DNA of 64,000 nt from Deltaproteobacteria bacterium (GTDB taxonomy: Bacteria > Myxococcota_A > Polyangia > JAAYKL01): NCBI GenBank assembly GCA_016937015.1, contig JAFGWT010000062.1, positions 2,609-66,608 of the forward strand, in the 5' to 3' direction. Within the stretch, counting starts at the first letter, position 1. Each line of letters starts with the position of its first letter. This document shows, one piece after another, positions 46,056-56,840 of the stretch. A program made the position numbers and the translations under genes. The notes beneath the pieces are model-generated. The model was not told the origin of the DNA and searched no databases. It saw nothing but the letters and a program-made list of their open reading frames with translations.

Positions 46056-47606
46056 TCACGTGGCACATGAGCCGGTCGTTCGATTCACCAACTCGAGCAA
46101 TAATCGAATATCCACGTTTTCGCCAACAACTCTCGCCAGGTTGTCATACGCAGCGGTGTGGGTAGCAGAGATGCCGAGCGTATCACCGAGCGTATCAAAT
46201 GAAGTCGAAACGGGTTGAGGCAACGAAAACAGATCAGGACGCACCTTGGCGATATAAGTGTCCAAAAAGATCTGACTGTCAAAAATACCGTGGAGATATG
46301 TTCCAAAGATGTGCCCATTCGCCGATATGACGCCATCGGTCTGGCCAGAATCTTCGAACTGAATGGCGTGATTTACCTCACCGGTTGCAGCCGTTTGTCC
46401 ATGGTGAATTTCATACCCCCAAACCGGCGTCCCGTCTGGCAGCCACGTCCCTTTCTGAAGACGAAGCTGCTTTTCTTCAGCCAGCACGGTCACCACATTC
46501 AACAATCCAAGTCCCGCCACCTCTTTTTCGTGCCCTTCCACGCCGTGCGGATCTTCCACACGATCCCCCAGTATCTGATACCCGCCGCATATTCCGACAA
46601 GATGCCCACCATCCTGGGCGTATGTTTTTATTTTGTCTGACAATCCAACCTGTTTAAGCCACTGTAAATCACCACACACATTTTTGGTGCCAGGCAATAT
46701 GACAACGTCATATTTTGAAAGCGTCTGGTTCCGTCTGACATAGGTAACCCGGATGTCCCTGTGCTTTTCGAGAGGCGCAAAATCAGTGAAATTTGAAATA
46801 TGAGGCAAATGGATCACCGCAATTGACACGACACTCGACTTACCACAGTTGTCCGCTTCGAACGAATCAAGCACGACCGCATCCTCGCTATCCACTCCAA
46901 TATCGTGGATATAAGGAATAATACCAAGCACCGGCAATCCCGTTCGCTGTTCTATAAAGTCAACTCCGTCCCTGAAGAGTGAAGCATCACCTCTGAATCG
47001 ATTGATAATCACCCCAACGACATGTTTTCGTTCCTCAACGGACAACAATTCCAGAGTACCAATGATCTGTGCAAATACACCGCCTCTGTCAATATCCGCA
47101 ACAAGAATTACCCGTGCATTTGCTGCGGTAACCATTGCAAAATTAACAAAATCCCTGGGTTTCAGATTCACTTCAGCGCAGGATCCCGCGCCTTCCATCA
47201 CCACCATCTCATACTTATCCCGAAGGCGTTCCAATGCATCAATCGATATCTGCTTCAAATCCCCCGTGCGCTGGCCGTATGCCACAGCGGAACTTTCGCC
47301 TACCGCTTTCCCCAATACCACCACCTGGGCGCCAACATTGCTGACCGGTTTTAGCAATACCGGATTCATATCCACATGTGGCAGCACCCCGGCCGCCTCA
47401 GCCTGCACGACCTGAGCACGTCCGATTTCACCCCACTCGCCATTATGCCCCTTCACAACATATGAATTATTGGACATATTCTGAGCCTTAAACGGAGCGA
47501 CAGATATACCCATATCTCGAAAAATTCGACAAAGCGCTGTGACGACAACACTTTTACCGACGTCAGACGCCGTGCCGAGTACACTGATGCATGTTGCCTT
47601 TTTCAT
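46056..47606 (-). CDS. cobQ: Cobyric acid synthase
   Basis: GTASDVGKS, PFKAQNMS, EGAGSCAE, DIDRGG, ISNFTDF, GICGGYQ, GTYLHG. Confidence 0.95.
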   Translation of the reverse strand: MKKATCISVLGTASDVGKSVVVTALCRIFRDMGISVAPFKAQNMSNNSYVVKGHNGEWGEIGRAQVVQAEAAGVLPHVDMNPVLLKPVSNVGAQVVVLGKAVGESSAVAYGQRTGDLKQISIDALERLRDKYEMVVMEGAGSCAEVNLKPRDFVNFAMVTAANARVILVADIDRGGVFAQIIGTLELLSVEERKHVVGVIINRFRGDASLFRDGVDFIEQRTGLPVLGIIPYIHDIGVDSEDAVVLDSFEADNCGKSSVVSIAVIHLPHISNFTDFAPLEKHRDIRVTYVRRNQTLSKYDVVILPGTKNVCGDLQWLKQVGLSDKIKTYAQDGGHLVGICGGYQILGDRVEDPHGVEGHEKEVAGLGLLNVVTVLAEEKQLRLQKGTWLPDGTPVWGYEIHHGQTAATGEVNHAIQFEDSGQTDGVISANGHIFGTYLHGIFDSQIFLDTYIAKVRPDLFSLPQPVSTSFDTLGDTLGISATHTAAYDNLARVVGENVDIRLLLELVNRTTGSCAT

Positions 47607-48385
47607 ATTGACCTCAGCCACAAAGCCCAAGGCCAGTGCAGCCATCCGAAATGATGCAGCCAGGCACTGAATAAAAACAGCATCGCCATTTCGACAATCT
47701 CACTCGATGCGCCCAGCAAATCTCCGGTAACGCCACCAAGCTGTCTTTTAAACCACAGGCTCAGATACTTCCCAGTAATAAATGCAACAACAATGGCCGC
47801 CGCACACAGGGGACCGAATCCCGCCACGAAAAACAATGCCGCCAGCCAGGCAATAAGGCGGTGTTTTGATGATGCGTCTGTCACAAATCGCTTTGCAGTG
47901 CCTGAGTCGGCGCGGGCATAGGAGAGCGTGGCCGCCAGGTCAACCTGTACAGTCCGCGATAGTATCATCGCAACAATTATCAGTTGCATTTCGCCCGATT
48001 CCATCAATTTACACAGCAACAGCCATTTCAACATCAATGACCCAATCAATGCAAGCACACCAAACGTTCCAAGACGCGAGTCCTTCAATATTTCCAGCTT
48101 GCGCGCTTTGTCCTTCATACTGAACAATGCGTCCGCCGAGTCCGCCAGACCATCCAGATGAATTGCGCCGGTAAATCCTGTCTGCGCCAGCAACACAACC
48201 ATGGCCGTTAAAAATATCCAATCCGGAAAAATAATGCTGAACAAAAGATACACGCCATACAGCATGGATCCCAGAATTGCGCCCACCAAAGGAAACCAGG
48301 GCATTGCCGTCGCGAGCGAGGGCGCATCTTTCCCAGGTATGCGAAAAACGGTCAGGGTGCGAATGGCGCTGACGATTCCAGACAT
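47603..48385 (-). CDS. cobS: Adenosylcobinamide-GDP ribazoletransferase (cobalamin synthase)
   Basis: TGAIHLDGLADSAD, KDSRLGTFG, GGVTGDLLGA. Polytopic membrane protein. Confidence 0.95.
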   Translation of the reverse strand: MSGIVSAIRTLTVFRIPGKDAPSLATAMPWFPLVGAILGSMLYGVYLLFSIIFPDWIFLTAMVVLLAQTGFTGAIHLDGLADSADALFSMKDKARKLEILKDSRLGTFGVLALIGSLMLKWLLLCKLMESGEMQLIIVAMILSRTVQVDLAATLSYARADSGTAKRFVTDASSKHRLIAWLAALFFVAGFGPLCAAAIVVAFITGKYLSLWFKRQLGGVTGDLLGASSEIVEMAMLFLFSAWLHHFGWLHWPWALWLRSI

Positions 48386-48388
48386 TTG

Positions 48389-49480
48389 TTACGCTGCACC
48401 TTCATCGACACTGTTCACTTCACCGGAAACACCGGCAGAGCTGAAGGTTGCCATTTCGCGCATCATCTTCACTGCCGCATCAATCAGTGACATTGATAAC
48501 GCGGCGCCGGTGCCTTCTCCCAAGCGAAAACCGAGATCCAGCAGCGGCTTAGCCCCCATCTCTTTGAGAAAAGTCCGATGGCCTCTTTCGGCAGAAAGAT
48601 GACTGAAAAATAAATAGTCCGCAATGCTGGGGCATAGTCTGCAGGCGACCAGTGCGGCAGCAGACGAAATGAATCCATCAATCAGTATGGCGATGCGGTG
48701 GGCTGCAGAACCGAGGATTAGCCCGGCAAGGCCGGCAATTTCCAGACCGCCAACTGTCGAAAGGGTTTTGAGCGGGTCTTCGTCGCCTTTATTTGTCGTC
48801 AGACCATGTCGTTTAACAGCTGCAGCGATGGCAGTGCGCTTTCGCTGAAGTCCTGCATCATCAATACCTGTGCCTCGCCCAATGATGCCATCCAACGCAC
48901 ACGGCAATAAAACATGCATGAGCGCAGCTGAAGCTGTAGTATTGCCAATCCCCATTTCGCCCGTGCCCATCAGCGTGACGCCATCCTGAGCGGCCTCGTC
49001 TGCCAGCTCCACACCCACCTGAAGTGCCGCCAGCATTTCATCAGGGTGCATCGCCGGCCCACTTACCATATTGCCTGTGCCATGTCTGATTTTTCTGTGA
49101 ATCAATCCGCCAATCTCCGAAAGATCTCCATTAACCCCAATATCAACAATCCGCACATCACACCCCACATGGCGGCCAAATACATTTATCGCCGCACCGC
49201 CGTTGACCATGTTGGAAACCATCTGTTTTGTCACTTCACCGGGAAAGGCCGATACGCCCTCCTCGACAACACCGTGGTCCGCGGCAAACGTATACAGTCT
49301 TTTAACGGGCATATCCGGAATAACCTGCTGCCTGATTCGGGCATATCGAAATCCTGCCTCTTCCAGCTGGCCCAGAGACCCCACAGGTTTAGTCAAATCA
49401 TTAATGTGCCTTTTTATGGCATCATCCAACGCCAAAGGGATGGGATGGATTCGGCGAATTGTTGTATCAATCAAAGTCAT
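48389..49480 (-). CDS. cobT: Nicotinate-nucleotide-dimethylbenzimidazole phosphoribosyltransferase
   Basis: LTKPVGSLGQLE, FAADHGV, GEMGIGNTT, GRGTG, GGLEIAG, RLGEGTGA. Confidence 0.96.
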   Translation of the reverse strand: MTLIDTTIRRIHPIPLALDDAIKRHINDLTKPVGSLGQLEEAGFRYARIRQQVIPDMPVKRLYTFAADHGVVEEGVSAFPGEVTKQMVSNMVNGGAAINVFGRHVGCDVRIVDIGVNGDLSEIGGLIHRKIRHGTGNMVSGPAMHPDEMLAALQVGVELADEAAQDGVTLMGTGEMGIGNTTASAALMHVLLPCALDGIIGRGTGIDDAGLQRKRTAIAAAVKRHGLTTNKGDEDPLKTLSTVGGLEIAGLAGLILGSAAHRIAILIDGFISSAAALVACRLCPSIADYLFFSHLSAERGHRTFLKEMGAKPLLDLGFRLGEGTGAALSMSLIDAAVKMMREMATFSSAGVSGEVNSVDEGAA

Positions 49481-49483
49481 TTG

Positions 49484-50026
49484 TTAATCCTTCGTCGTTC
49501 TCTCAACAGGCTTCTTTACCCAAACGGGGCAACCACTTACCATAAATACGACCTCTGTGGCACGAATGGCAACGTCCTGATTTAATCTCCCCGCCACATC
49601 ACGAAACCACCTCCCCATCTCATTTTCAGGAACCAGTCCCATTCCAAGCTCGTTTGAAACCAGCGCCACGTCGCAGGGCGGATGTTCGAGAATTTTCAGA
49701 AGCCGTTGCATCTCACGGTATGGCCATGCACCCTGCCCCAGGTGGTGCATCAGATTGCCCAGCCATACCGTAAGGCAATCAATCAGTACAAAATCCACCT
49801 GACTGTCAGACAGCTCAAGTATTCTGGCAGGGTCCAGCGGCTCCTCCACCGTGGTATACAAATCCCCGCGCTCATGCCGGTGCTTATCAATCCGCAATGC
49901 CATCTCCGCATCGGTGACCTCTGCGGTGGCGAGGAATACGGGGCGACTGTATTCCTGACCGAGCGTCAAACCAAACCGACTCTTCCCGCTTCTTGCCCCG
50001 CCCGTAATCAGAGTGACTTTACCCAT
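49484..50026 (-). CDS. cobU: Adenosylcobinamide kinase/guanylyltransferase
   Basis: TGGARSGKS, RI..H..ER, DCLTVW, VSNELGMG, FRD..G.LNQ. Confidence 0.96.
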   Translation of the reverse strand: MGKVTLITGGARSGKSRFGLTLGQEYSRPVFLATAEVTDAEMALRIDKHRHERGDLYTTVEEPLDPARILELSDSQVDFVLIDCLTVWLGNLMHHLGQGAWPYREMQRLLKILEHPPCDVALVSNELGMGLVPENEMGRWFRDVAGRLNQDVAIRATEVVFMVSGCPVWVKKPVERTTKD

Positions 50027-50859
50027 TTGGTGAATCCTTTCATGAAGTTCATCGAAGACACAAAATGGTCTGTTCCGAAAACCTCCATGGTCAACACGCG
50101 TTCAATTGTTGAAGCGTTTAAACTGCGCATCAATTTTGTCATTAGCGCTTCTGGCAGGTGAGCAAGGGAACAGTGGTCTGTTCCATTTTCAATACCGTGC
50201 AAATGAATCACCCTTGCCCGCTCCAGGTATCGCGTCAAATACTGTTCGAGGGAGTATCGGTTCAGCAATACATGACCAATATCAAGACAGACAGATACAT
50301 CACATGCGGTTACAACGGGATAAATATCCTCGAACGGGTAGGACAGATTTTCAACGCAAATATCCCGTGCCAATATGCCGCTTTCGGTGAGCACGATGTT
50401 GACAGATTCAATGCATCGCCGTTGCCAGTTCCATATTCCATCTGCAGTATTGCTATCAGCCAGGCGGGGTTGAGGCGGTAAATGCAACACATACGCAAAC
50501 GGATGAAGTGGCTGGGTCAGCGCTATAATGCGCAAACACTGAATCACACTGCGATGTCGCTCGTTGACATCATGAGCCCCCAAATCGATGTCAAGGGGGA
50601 AGTGTATGGTGTACGACAGCGAATGCGCGTCACTCACCTGGCGCATCGTCTCAATGACTGATACATCGGGCAGATTGGAATACTGCTCCGACTCAAACAG
50701 CACCACCTCAACATCGTCAACCAATCCTGCCAATGCGCGAATATTGGGTTCCAAATCCGCGGGAATCACATAGGACGTGGCGCCCAGTCTGAACCGAAAC
50801 GCACCGGCAAGACTAACGACAGACTCCGGCAACTCATTTGAATGCAACTCATTCATCAT
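50008..50859 (-). CDS. cbiR: Cobamide remodelling phosphodiesterase CbiR-like (AP endonuclease 2 TIM barrel)
   Basis: GATSYVIPAD, DDVEVVLFES, YTIHFP, VENL, CLDIGH, IHLHG...DH, TMEVF. Located next to cobU/T/S. Confidence 0.75.
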   Translation of the reverse strand: MMNELHSNELPESVVSLAGAFRFRLGATSYVIPADLEPNIRALAGLVDDVEVVLFESEQYSNLPDVSVIETMRQVSDAHSLSYTIHFPLDIDLGAHDVNERHRSVIQCLRIIALTQPLHPFAYVLHLPPQPRLADSNTADGIWNWQRRCIESVNIVLTESGILARDICVENLSYPFEDIYPVVTACDVSVCLDIGHVLLNRYSLEQYLTRYLERARVIHLHGIENGTDHCSLAHLPEALMTKLMRSLNASTIERVLTMEVFGTDHFVSSMNFMKGFTKWVKSL

Positions 50860-50876
50860 TGATTTCAGCGTTGATT

Positions 50877-52001
50877 TCAGCGTTCGAAACACACCATAAT
50901 GGGCGGAAGACCAACATCAATAGGCGATGCTGTCAATTCCTGTGCAGTATGTGTATCAAAGATACGGATCCCCGGATTAAAAAAGTTGCGATCGGTCACC
51001 CAGATTTCGGACTCGCCATTAAGTGACATATAGGACAAATCGTAACCAGCTGATGAAATAAGAGTTTCGCCTTTGAATCCAGTCATGGGATTAAACGTGA
51101 CAAGCCGTGTTGCAGCACCTGTGGCTGTCGGCTCGCTGATGATTGCGAATCCCATATCAGGTGCAGTAACAATTGCGTCGATAATATCGCCCCCCAGCGT
51201 CGCTTCAGTGATTATCATCCCGCTCAAAGTGCCATCGAGGGTCATCGTTTCGATGCCACCATCCAGCACACCATAAGATCCTGTTTCGGTTAAAATAAAT
51301 GCGGACAGGGGGGTGTTGTAGCGTAAAATCCCCGTTGGATTTTTACCGTTCAAAATCACTTCCCGCTCGATAGCGTATGTGGCGGGATTGATAATCAATA
51401 GCGCGCTGTAATCTGTTGGCGCCCAGTACATATCAAGTCGCTGGAGTGTCACATAAACTTTGCCGTCCCTGAAAATGGCCTGCGACGCCTCAGGATTTCC
51501 ATCCGAATCCGCATATGCCGACAAATCCACGCGCGCAATTTCTGTACCCAACGTGGGATGAACGACAAGGAGTTCAGGGGAACCAATTCTGGGAACCACT
51601 GCTCTGCCTGGTCCAATAACGGCGATATCCTGGGCATTGGTGCCTGCTTCAACGGAATATTGCGCCATCGGTTTATAACCGGCATCTTCATTCAGTACGG
51701 TTATGGCATCTGAACCAAACCTGGAAATCACAAAAATGTGACCGGTTACTTCATCGTATCGGCAAATTGAGTCGGAATGAATAACCTGCGTGTTACGTTG
51801 AACAACGCGGGTCTCGGCAGTGACAACTGACACCGCGCCAGTGCTGTAATCAGTGGTCACAACAATCCCTGTGTCGCCCACGGTATTGACTTCAATGTCA
51901 TCGACATCGCCCGAGTCACATCCAGCCAGAATAAAAACTGACAACAGCAATGACAGCACAGTCACCGAGCAGTTCAATTTCAAATTAGATTTCATTTTCA
52001 T
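50877..52001 (-). CDS. Beta-propeller-like lipoprotein, probable cobamide-binding surface protein
   Basis: Lipobox LAGC and repeated beta blades. Directly follows the TonB receptor in the B12-riboswitch operon. Confidence 0.6.
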   Translation of the reverse strand: MKMKSNLKLNCSVTVLSLLLSVFILAGCDSGDVDDIEVNTVGDTGIVVTTDYSTGAVSVVTAETRVVQRNTQVIHSDSICRYDEVTGHIFVISRFGSDAITVLNEDAGYKPMAQYSVEAGTNAQDIAVIGPGRAVVPRIGSPELLVVHPTLGTEIARVDLSAYADSDGNPEASQAIFRDGKVYVTLQRLDMYWAPTDYSALLIINPATYAIEREVILNGKNPTGILRYNTPLSAFILTETGSYGVLDGGIETMTLDGTLSGMIITEATLGGDIIDAIVTAPDMGFAIISEPTATGAATRLVTFNPMTGFKGETLISSAGYDLSYMSLNGESEIWVTDRNFFNPGIRIFDTHTAQELTASPIDVGLPPIMVCFER

Positions 52002-52032
52002 CTCAATACTTCCTTTCAAATATAACGAAATT

Positions 52033-54216
52033 TCAAACCTTAAAACGCAGTGTCACAAATACACTTCGGCCAGGCAGCGGAAATGCCAGGTAATCCCGAA
52101 GAGGTCGTTGTCTTCCTGTGCTGTCTTTCAGCAATATGCTATTGAGCAAATTCTTTATTTCCAGCGTTACGGTCAGTTTAGCAGGTATGATTTCCAGCTG
52201 CCAACCTGCGCCGAGCAGTGCACGCCCCAGTACGTCCTGTGTAAAATTGGCCTGGTCCAGAAAATTATTGCCGGCATAATCCACATCGAGCCAAAGCTCG
52301 TTCCTGACTGAACCGATGGTGCCTTTCAATGTAGACTTAAGATATGCTTCGTGGATAGGGCGACCAGGTAGTCTATTCCCCGCGTAGAATCCAATTTCGG
52401 AGCGATTAACCGTTTGCATGTACGTGTAATTTCCCGACAAAGATAAATGGGACCACAACGTGGCCTCCGCCGATATCTCCAGACCAAGTATCCGCGCTGC
52501 ATGCACATTTTCGGCACGAATGGTATTTTGCGAATTCTGAACAAACGCAATCAACTGCTCGCTCCATGTGCCAAATGTCCCTGCATATATCTGGGCGGTA
52601 TTCACTGCTGTATCTGTGTTTGCTTCGAAAGTGTATTTAATGCCCGCATCGGCATTCAGGCCTTCTTCGGCCTTCAGTTCGGGATTGCCCACAACGGTGC
52701 CGCGATCACCAAACAATTCAAACAGGTCCGGAGTTCGAAGATACTTTCCAACATTTGACAAAAAGCGGTGCCGCCTGGTCAGCTGCCAACTGATACCCAA
52801 AGACGGCATAATGTGTTGGTCTGAGAGCTCAATCGTACGAACCTTTTGTTCCCCCATCGCGGGTGGCAGCTCAGCTGTATACCGATCGGCCTGGGATCGC
52901 AGCGACGGCACAATCTTCAAGCCGTTTTGGGGAATCCAGCTAAAATCAATTCCACCTCCCAACCGCTGACGGTATCCCGGTTTCAGAGGCAACAAATCCT
53001 GTGCATCCACGAAATCAAATGTATCAAGGCTGCCTTCCACCCGGGTGGCGAACTGATATTTCCGTGTGCCAAAATGCCAGATGCTGTGGCCTAAAACCGT
53101 ATGCGCAATGGCATGGGAGTGCTGGTGCCCAACGCCAATTTCATCTAAAGGATCTTCGAACCGGTTCTGCTGTTGTATGTAGCCGAGCGACCACATCAAA
53201 GACTGTTGTTTATTCCATTCGCGTTCTCCCTGAACTGCTGCAAGCTCACGCAGACAGAACAAAGATGCTTTTTCGACGGGCACACTGTCAATTCCGGCAA
53301 CACCTTGATTTTTCATGTGCAGGCTGTTTAAAAAGGTTAGCCGCATTTTTCCCACGTATGTTGAAAGTTTCAGCAATGTGGACACAGACTGCTGTTCATT
53401 GTTTTTTCGACGAACGATCTCATCATCCGTCGTGTTCAACTCGGTGCCATTTCGGTTGAGATATTTAAAATCGCCCCTTGATCCCATTACGGAAACCAAC
53501 GCAAAAACGTCCACCCGTCCCGTGGTTGAACGATGAAGTGCGGTTGCCTTGCCCGAATGCCAGGACCCGTACCCTGCACTGTATTCTGTTGTCTCATTAC
53601 TCCCATTCCCTGTATTCAACGAAATCGCCCCACCAATGCTGCCCAGACCAAGTGAGACGGGAGTGGTCCCCCTATACACATCCACTCTGTCAAACATTTC
53701 CAGAGTTAAATCGCTGAGGTTCACAGTGGAAAAACCACCTGAGTTCAGCAAAATGCCGTCAATGAAAATAAGCACCTGCGCAGCGTCTGACCCGCGAATA
53801 TGGGCCGTCGTGTAGGATCCAGGGCCTCCGGCGGATCGAACCTGTATACCAACTCCCGGACCAAGTACTTCACTGACAGTAGTGTTTCGGCTGTTCAGTT
53901 CCGAGACATCAATGGATTCTCCCGCAGCGGTACCGTCATCCACTGGCGACAGGGGCAAGCCGTGAATGTTCGTTTCGTAAGTGTCCAGAGTTGTGTCATC
54001 ATCCAAATCCGGCGACACCATGGACGCATCGGCAAACGCACTCCAGTCGATGTCACTTTGAGCCAGGGAATCATCTGTTATATTATTCGAAGACGAGGCA
54101 ACGACATCAGACGCCGAGGCGCCCGTGCAAAAAAACAGGATGATTGTTAAACGCCCGAAAAACAGGAGGAAACGGGTTCCCCAACTGCGTGACGGTGCGG
54201 GGAAATGACAGATCAT
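52033..54216 (-). CDS. TonB-dependent receptor, probable BtuB-like cobamide transporter
   Basis: Plug IRGS..QVLIFIDG...RVDVYRG...GGAI, GNPELKAE, C-terminal PGRS. The start is set downstream of the riboswitch. Confidence 0.85.
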   Translation of the reverse strand: MICHFPAPSRSWGTRFLLFFGRLTIILFFCTGASASDVVASSSNNITDDSLAQSDIDWSAFADASMVSPDLDDDTTLDTYETNIHGLPLSPVDDGTAAGESIDVSELNSRNTTVSEVLGPGVGIQVRSAGGPGSYTTAHIRGSDAAQVLIFIDGILLNSGGFSTVNLSDLTLEMFDRVDVYRGTTPVSLGLGSIGGAISLNTGNGSNETTEYSAGYGSWHSGKATALHRSTTGRVDVFALVSVMGSRGDFKYLNRNGTELNTTDDEIVRRKNNEQQSVSTLLKLSTYVGKMRLTFLNSLHMKNQGVAGIDSVPVEKASLFCLRELAAVQGEREWNKQQSLMWSLGYIQQQNRFEDPLDEIGVGHQHSHAIAHTVLGHSIWHFGTRKYQFATRVEGSLDTFDFVDAQDLLPLKPGYRQRLGGGIDFSWIPQNGLKIVPSLRSQADRYTAELPPAMGEQKVRTIELSDQHIMPSLGISWQLTRRHRFLSNVGKYLRTPDLFELFGDRGTVVGNPELKAEEGLNADAGIKYTFEANTDTAVNTAQIYAGTFGTWSEQLIAFVQNSQNTIRAENVHAARILGLEISAEATLWSHLSLSGNYTYMQTVNRSEIGFYAGNRLPGRPIHEAYLKSTLKGTIGSVRNELWLDVDYAGNNFLDQANFTQDVLGRALLGAGWQLEIIPAKLTVTLEIKNLLNSILLKDSTGRQRPLRDYLAFPLPGRSVFVTLRFKV

Positions 54217-54291
54217 TACAACCCAACCCTTGTACGCGAAGAGCAGTGTTATACATTGTTGCCGATAACTTCGATAACAATGCGTTGAAAT

Positions 54292-54478
54292 CCCGTCTGG
54301 ATATCCTGGCTTCCGGGTTCGATATTTTATCGTGTCGCATTCCGCCTTCCCAATTGCATGCAATCAGTGGCCTATGGAATGAACCCCGGTTCACAGTGGC
54401 GCGACCGCGCCGGATTCTCACCGGCTTCCCCAACCGAAATTTCATAATTGGATTTTCAATCACAGCAACCAGCTGCGA
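54292..54478 (-). promoter_or_regulatory. Cobalamin riboswitch
   Basis: Minus strand reads GGTT...GGGAAgccGGTGAGAATCCGGC GCGGTCGCGCCACTGTGA...CCACTG...GGGAAGG...AAGCCAGGATATCC (B12 box), upstream of the btuB-like/cob operon. Confidence 0.93.
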
Positions 54479-54518
54479 GGCATCATGTCGCGCATCCTGA
54501 ATGCAAAGTCAAGCGTAT

Positions 54519-56288
54519 TCAACCGTTCTGGTTTTGCAATCGGGTTTGGGCAGGCAGTTCGATAGTAAAAGTAACCCCTTCCCCAGGCCGTGATTGCACA
54601 TCCAGAGTGCCTTTGTGAGAGTCAGTGATGATAAAATACGATACCGACAATCCCAGACCAGTCCCTATTCCTGGCGCCTTGGTCGTGAAAAAAGGTTCAA
54701 AAATTCTGTTCTGAACCACCATGTCCATTTCGGGACCGTTATTGGCAATGGATATTATCGCTGTTCCAATGGATGAAGAAATCGAAATCTCAAAACGCGG
54801 GTCATCAATTGCGGCGTCGTTCATTGCTTCTGCGCCGTTTCGCAAAATATTCAGCAGAACCTGCTGAATCATACTGACATGACAGCGTATCTCCACATCC
54901 GTGCCGTCGGAATGCATCAGAATCTGAATTTTGCGAAAATCGTATTTTTTCTTTAAGTCATACTCATTGCGAGCCAGTTCAAGTGCTTCGTTAATCAAAT
55001 TTTCAACCCGAACCACTTGCATTTCACCACTTTCTTTTCGGGCGAACGACAACATGTTGTCAACGATGCGCGCCGCGCGCTTGCCACTTTTCGAAATGGC
55101 GTCCAGCAGTTGAAAAATGCTTTTTTTCTCCATATATCGATAAAGCGCGTTCAAATCCAGACCACACGCTTTCGCATCGTTTCTGTTTTTGTCCGTCTGA
55201 TGAACCAGTCGGCTTTCAAGCACCTGTGAACTCTGGAGAATCCCCGCCAAAGGATTGTTTATCTCGTGGGCCATTCCAGCAGCCAGTCCACCCACTGATA
55301 TCATCTTCTCGGTATGCACCATCAACGCTTCAAACCGTGCCTGTTCAGTCACATCGTCCATTCGAATAACAGCCCCAACGGCCTGCCCAGGAATCAGTGG
55401 GTACACCACCAGATTATACTGTCGTTCCGGCCTGTCATTTAGCAGGGTAATCTTCTTTTGAATGACGGCATCGCCGCCGGATGCGACCTGCGCCAGGGTG
55501 GTATACAGGGATGGAAGCAGTGTGAAAACCTTTCGAAAAGGGCAATTCATCGCATCTGCTGACGCCACGCCCGTAAGCGCTTCCGCTTCAAGATTCCATC
55601 CGGTGACTCGCATTGCCTCATCCACACTCATGAGCACCGATGGCATACTGTTAACTGTTCGGTTCAACAGCAGCCGGGTCGCGTTGACTTCCTTCATATC
55701 TGCCTTGATTCTTTCAAGCGCCCGTTGATTGGCAGTGTAAATGGCATTGCTTATCACAGCCAGAAAAAGCAGCGCGACGCCTGTATCGGTGGCATAGTCA
55801 CGCAAGCCCAGCGCTGTCATCGTTCCCTGACGATACTCGTTGTAGCAAAATGCGACAAAGAAAATAAAGTTGACAGCGTGAAACAGCCACAGCTGAAGGC
55901 GATGAGAAAGAGTGAGAAGCGGAATGGTGGAGAGAATTGCAAATCCAATCGCAATTGTGTCCACCCGCGCAACAGGATCTTCGGATTGGTCAATAAACAT
56001 CACCGCCCACATGCCGGCAAGAAATGCCCAAATCATCAATTGACCGGCGGCGGCAAGGCGCTTTTTCCAAAGCAGCCACAAATCAAACACACTGATCCCC
56101 CAAAGAGCAACGATAATGAATCGAATGGAATCAAATGGACTTTGCAGCAAAAAGATATTGAACGCGAGCAACACGGGCAATGCAATGAGCAACAGAATAT
56201 TGACAATCTGCAGATATTTTGCCTGCAACTGCATCGCATAATCGTCATTGCTGTATCGCGTCAGTATACTCGGAAATCCCATAAACAT
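54519..56288 (-). CDS. Membrane-bound PAS sensor histidine kinase
   Basis: About six TM helices and a PAS domain. GMAHEINNPL, QVLLNILRNG, NNGPEM, FEPFFTTK, GTGLGL. Confidence 0.9.
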   Translation of the reverse strand: MFMGFPSILTRYSNDDYAMQLQAKYLQIVNILLLIALPVLLAFNIFLLQSPFDSIRFIIVALWGISVFDLWLLWKKRLAAAGQLMIWAFLAGMWAVMFIDQSEDPVARVDTIAIGFAILSTIPLLTLSHRLQLWLFHAVNFIFFVAFCYNEYRQGTMTALGLRDYATDTGVALLFLAVISNAIYTANQRALERIKADMKEVNATRLLLNRTVNSMPSVLMSVDEAMRVTGWNLEAEALTGVASADAMNCPFRKVFTLLPSLYTTLAQVASGGDAVIQKKITLLNDRPERQYNLVVYPLIPGQAVGAVIRMDDVTEQARFEALMVHTEKMISVGGLAAGMAHEINNPLAGILQSSQVLESRLVHQTDKNRNDAKACGLDLNALYRYMEKKSIFQLLDAISKSGKRAARIVDNMLSFARKESGEMQVVRVENLINEALELARNEYDLKKKYDFRKIQILMHSDGTDVEIRCHVSMIQQVLLNILRNGAEAMNDAAIDDPRFEISISSSIGTAIISIANNGPEMDMVVQNRIFEPFFTTKAPGIGTGLGLSVSYFIITDSHKGTLDVQSRPGEGVTFTIELPAQTRLQNQNG

Positions 56289-56366
56289 GAGTGTAATTTA
56301 ACGTGTCCATGGGCGTGCAGCAAGTTGCAGCGACGTTACGTTGTCAGAAGGCAGACTGAAACACAT

Positions 56367-56840
56367 CTATTTTGTTGCTGTTTCAGAAGCGGGTGTTTCC
56401 GCCTTGTCGCTGCTGTCATCTTCCTGGACGATAATATGACGAGTCGTGTAATCCGTGCCGTTAAGAATAATCTGCTGGCCAGTACGCAATTCCGGGTCAA
56501 GGGCCAGCGGTGCAAGCAGATTTACAGTAATGGGGTGTGGCGCCGGTGGAACAACAGCAATTACCGCCGCTCCGATGTCCTTTGGCGTTCGCTTATTTGT
56601 GGATAACGCCTCCCGCAGCTTATCCATTGGGTAGTCCGGATCCAGTAACAGCGGATCCACCACCACAAACGCCATTTCGGGTTCAATCGTGGACTGAATC
56701 CACTTGAATGGGGAGCCGGGATTGTGTTCCAGCACCACAAAATGAGTAAAATCCGGAAAGCCGATGATCCCATCAGAAAAGTGAAATACATCCGCTTCAT
56801 TCAACTCTAATTCACCAAATCGGGTCGTTGAAACTTTCAC
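56367..56840 (-). CDS. fliW: Flagellar assembly factor FliW
   Basis: TTRFGEL, F..GIIGF, FKWIQS, AFVVVDP, TVNLLAP, GQQIIL. Confidence 0.93.
   Translation of the reverse strand: MKVSTTRFGELELNEADVFHFSDGIIGFPDFTHFVVLEHNPGSPFKWIQSTIEPEMAFVVVDPLLLDPDYPMDKLREALSTNKRTPKDIGAAVIAVVPPAPHPITVNLLAPLALDPELRTGQQIILNGTDYTTRHIIVQEDDSSDKAETPASETATK

Noticed and set aside
54217..54363. N-terminal extension of the TonB receptor and the ORFs at 54107-54500
   Set aside because: They run through the cobalamin riboswitch and are non-coding leader.
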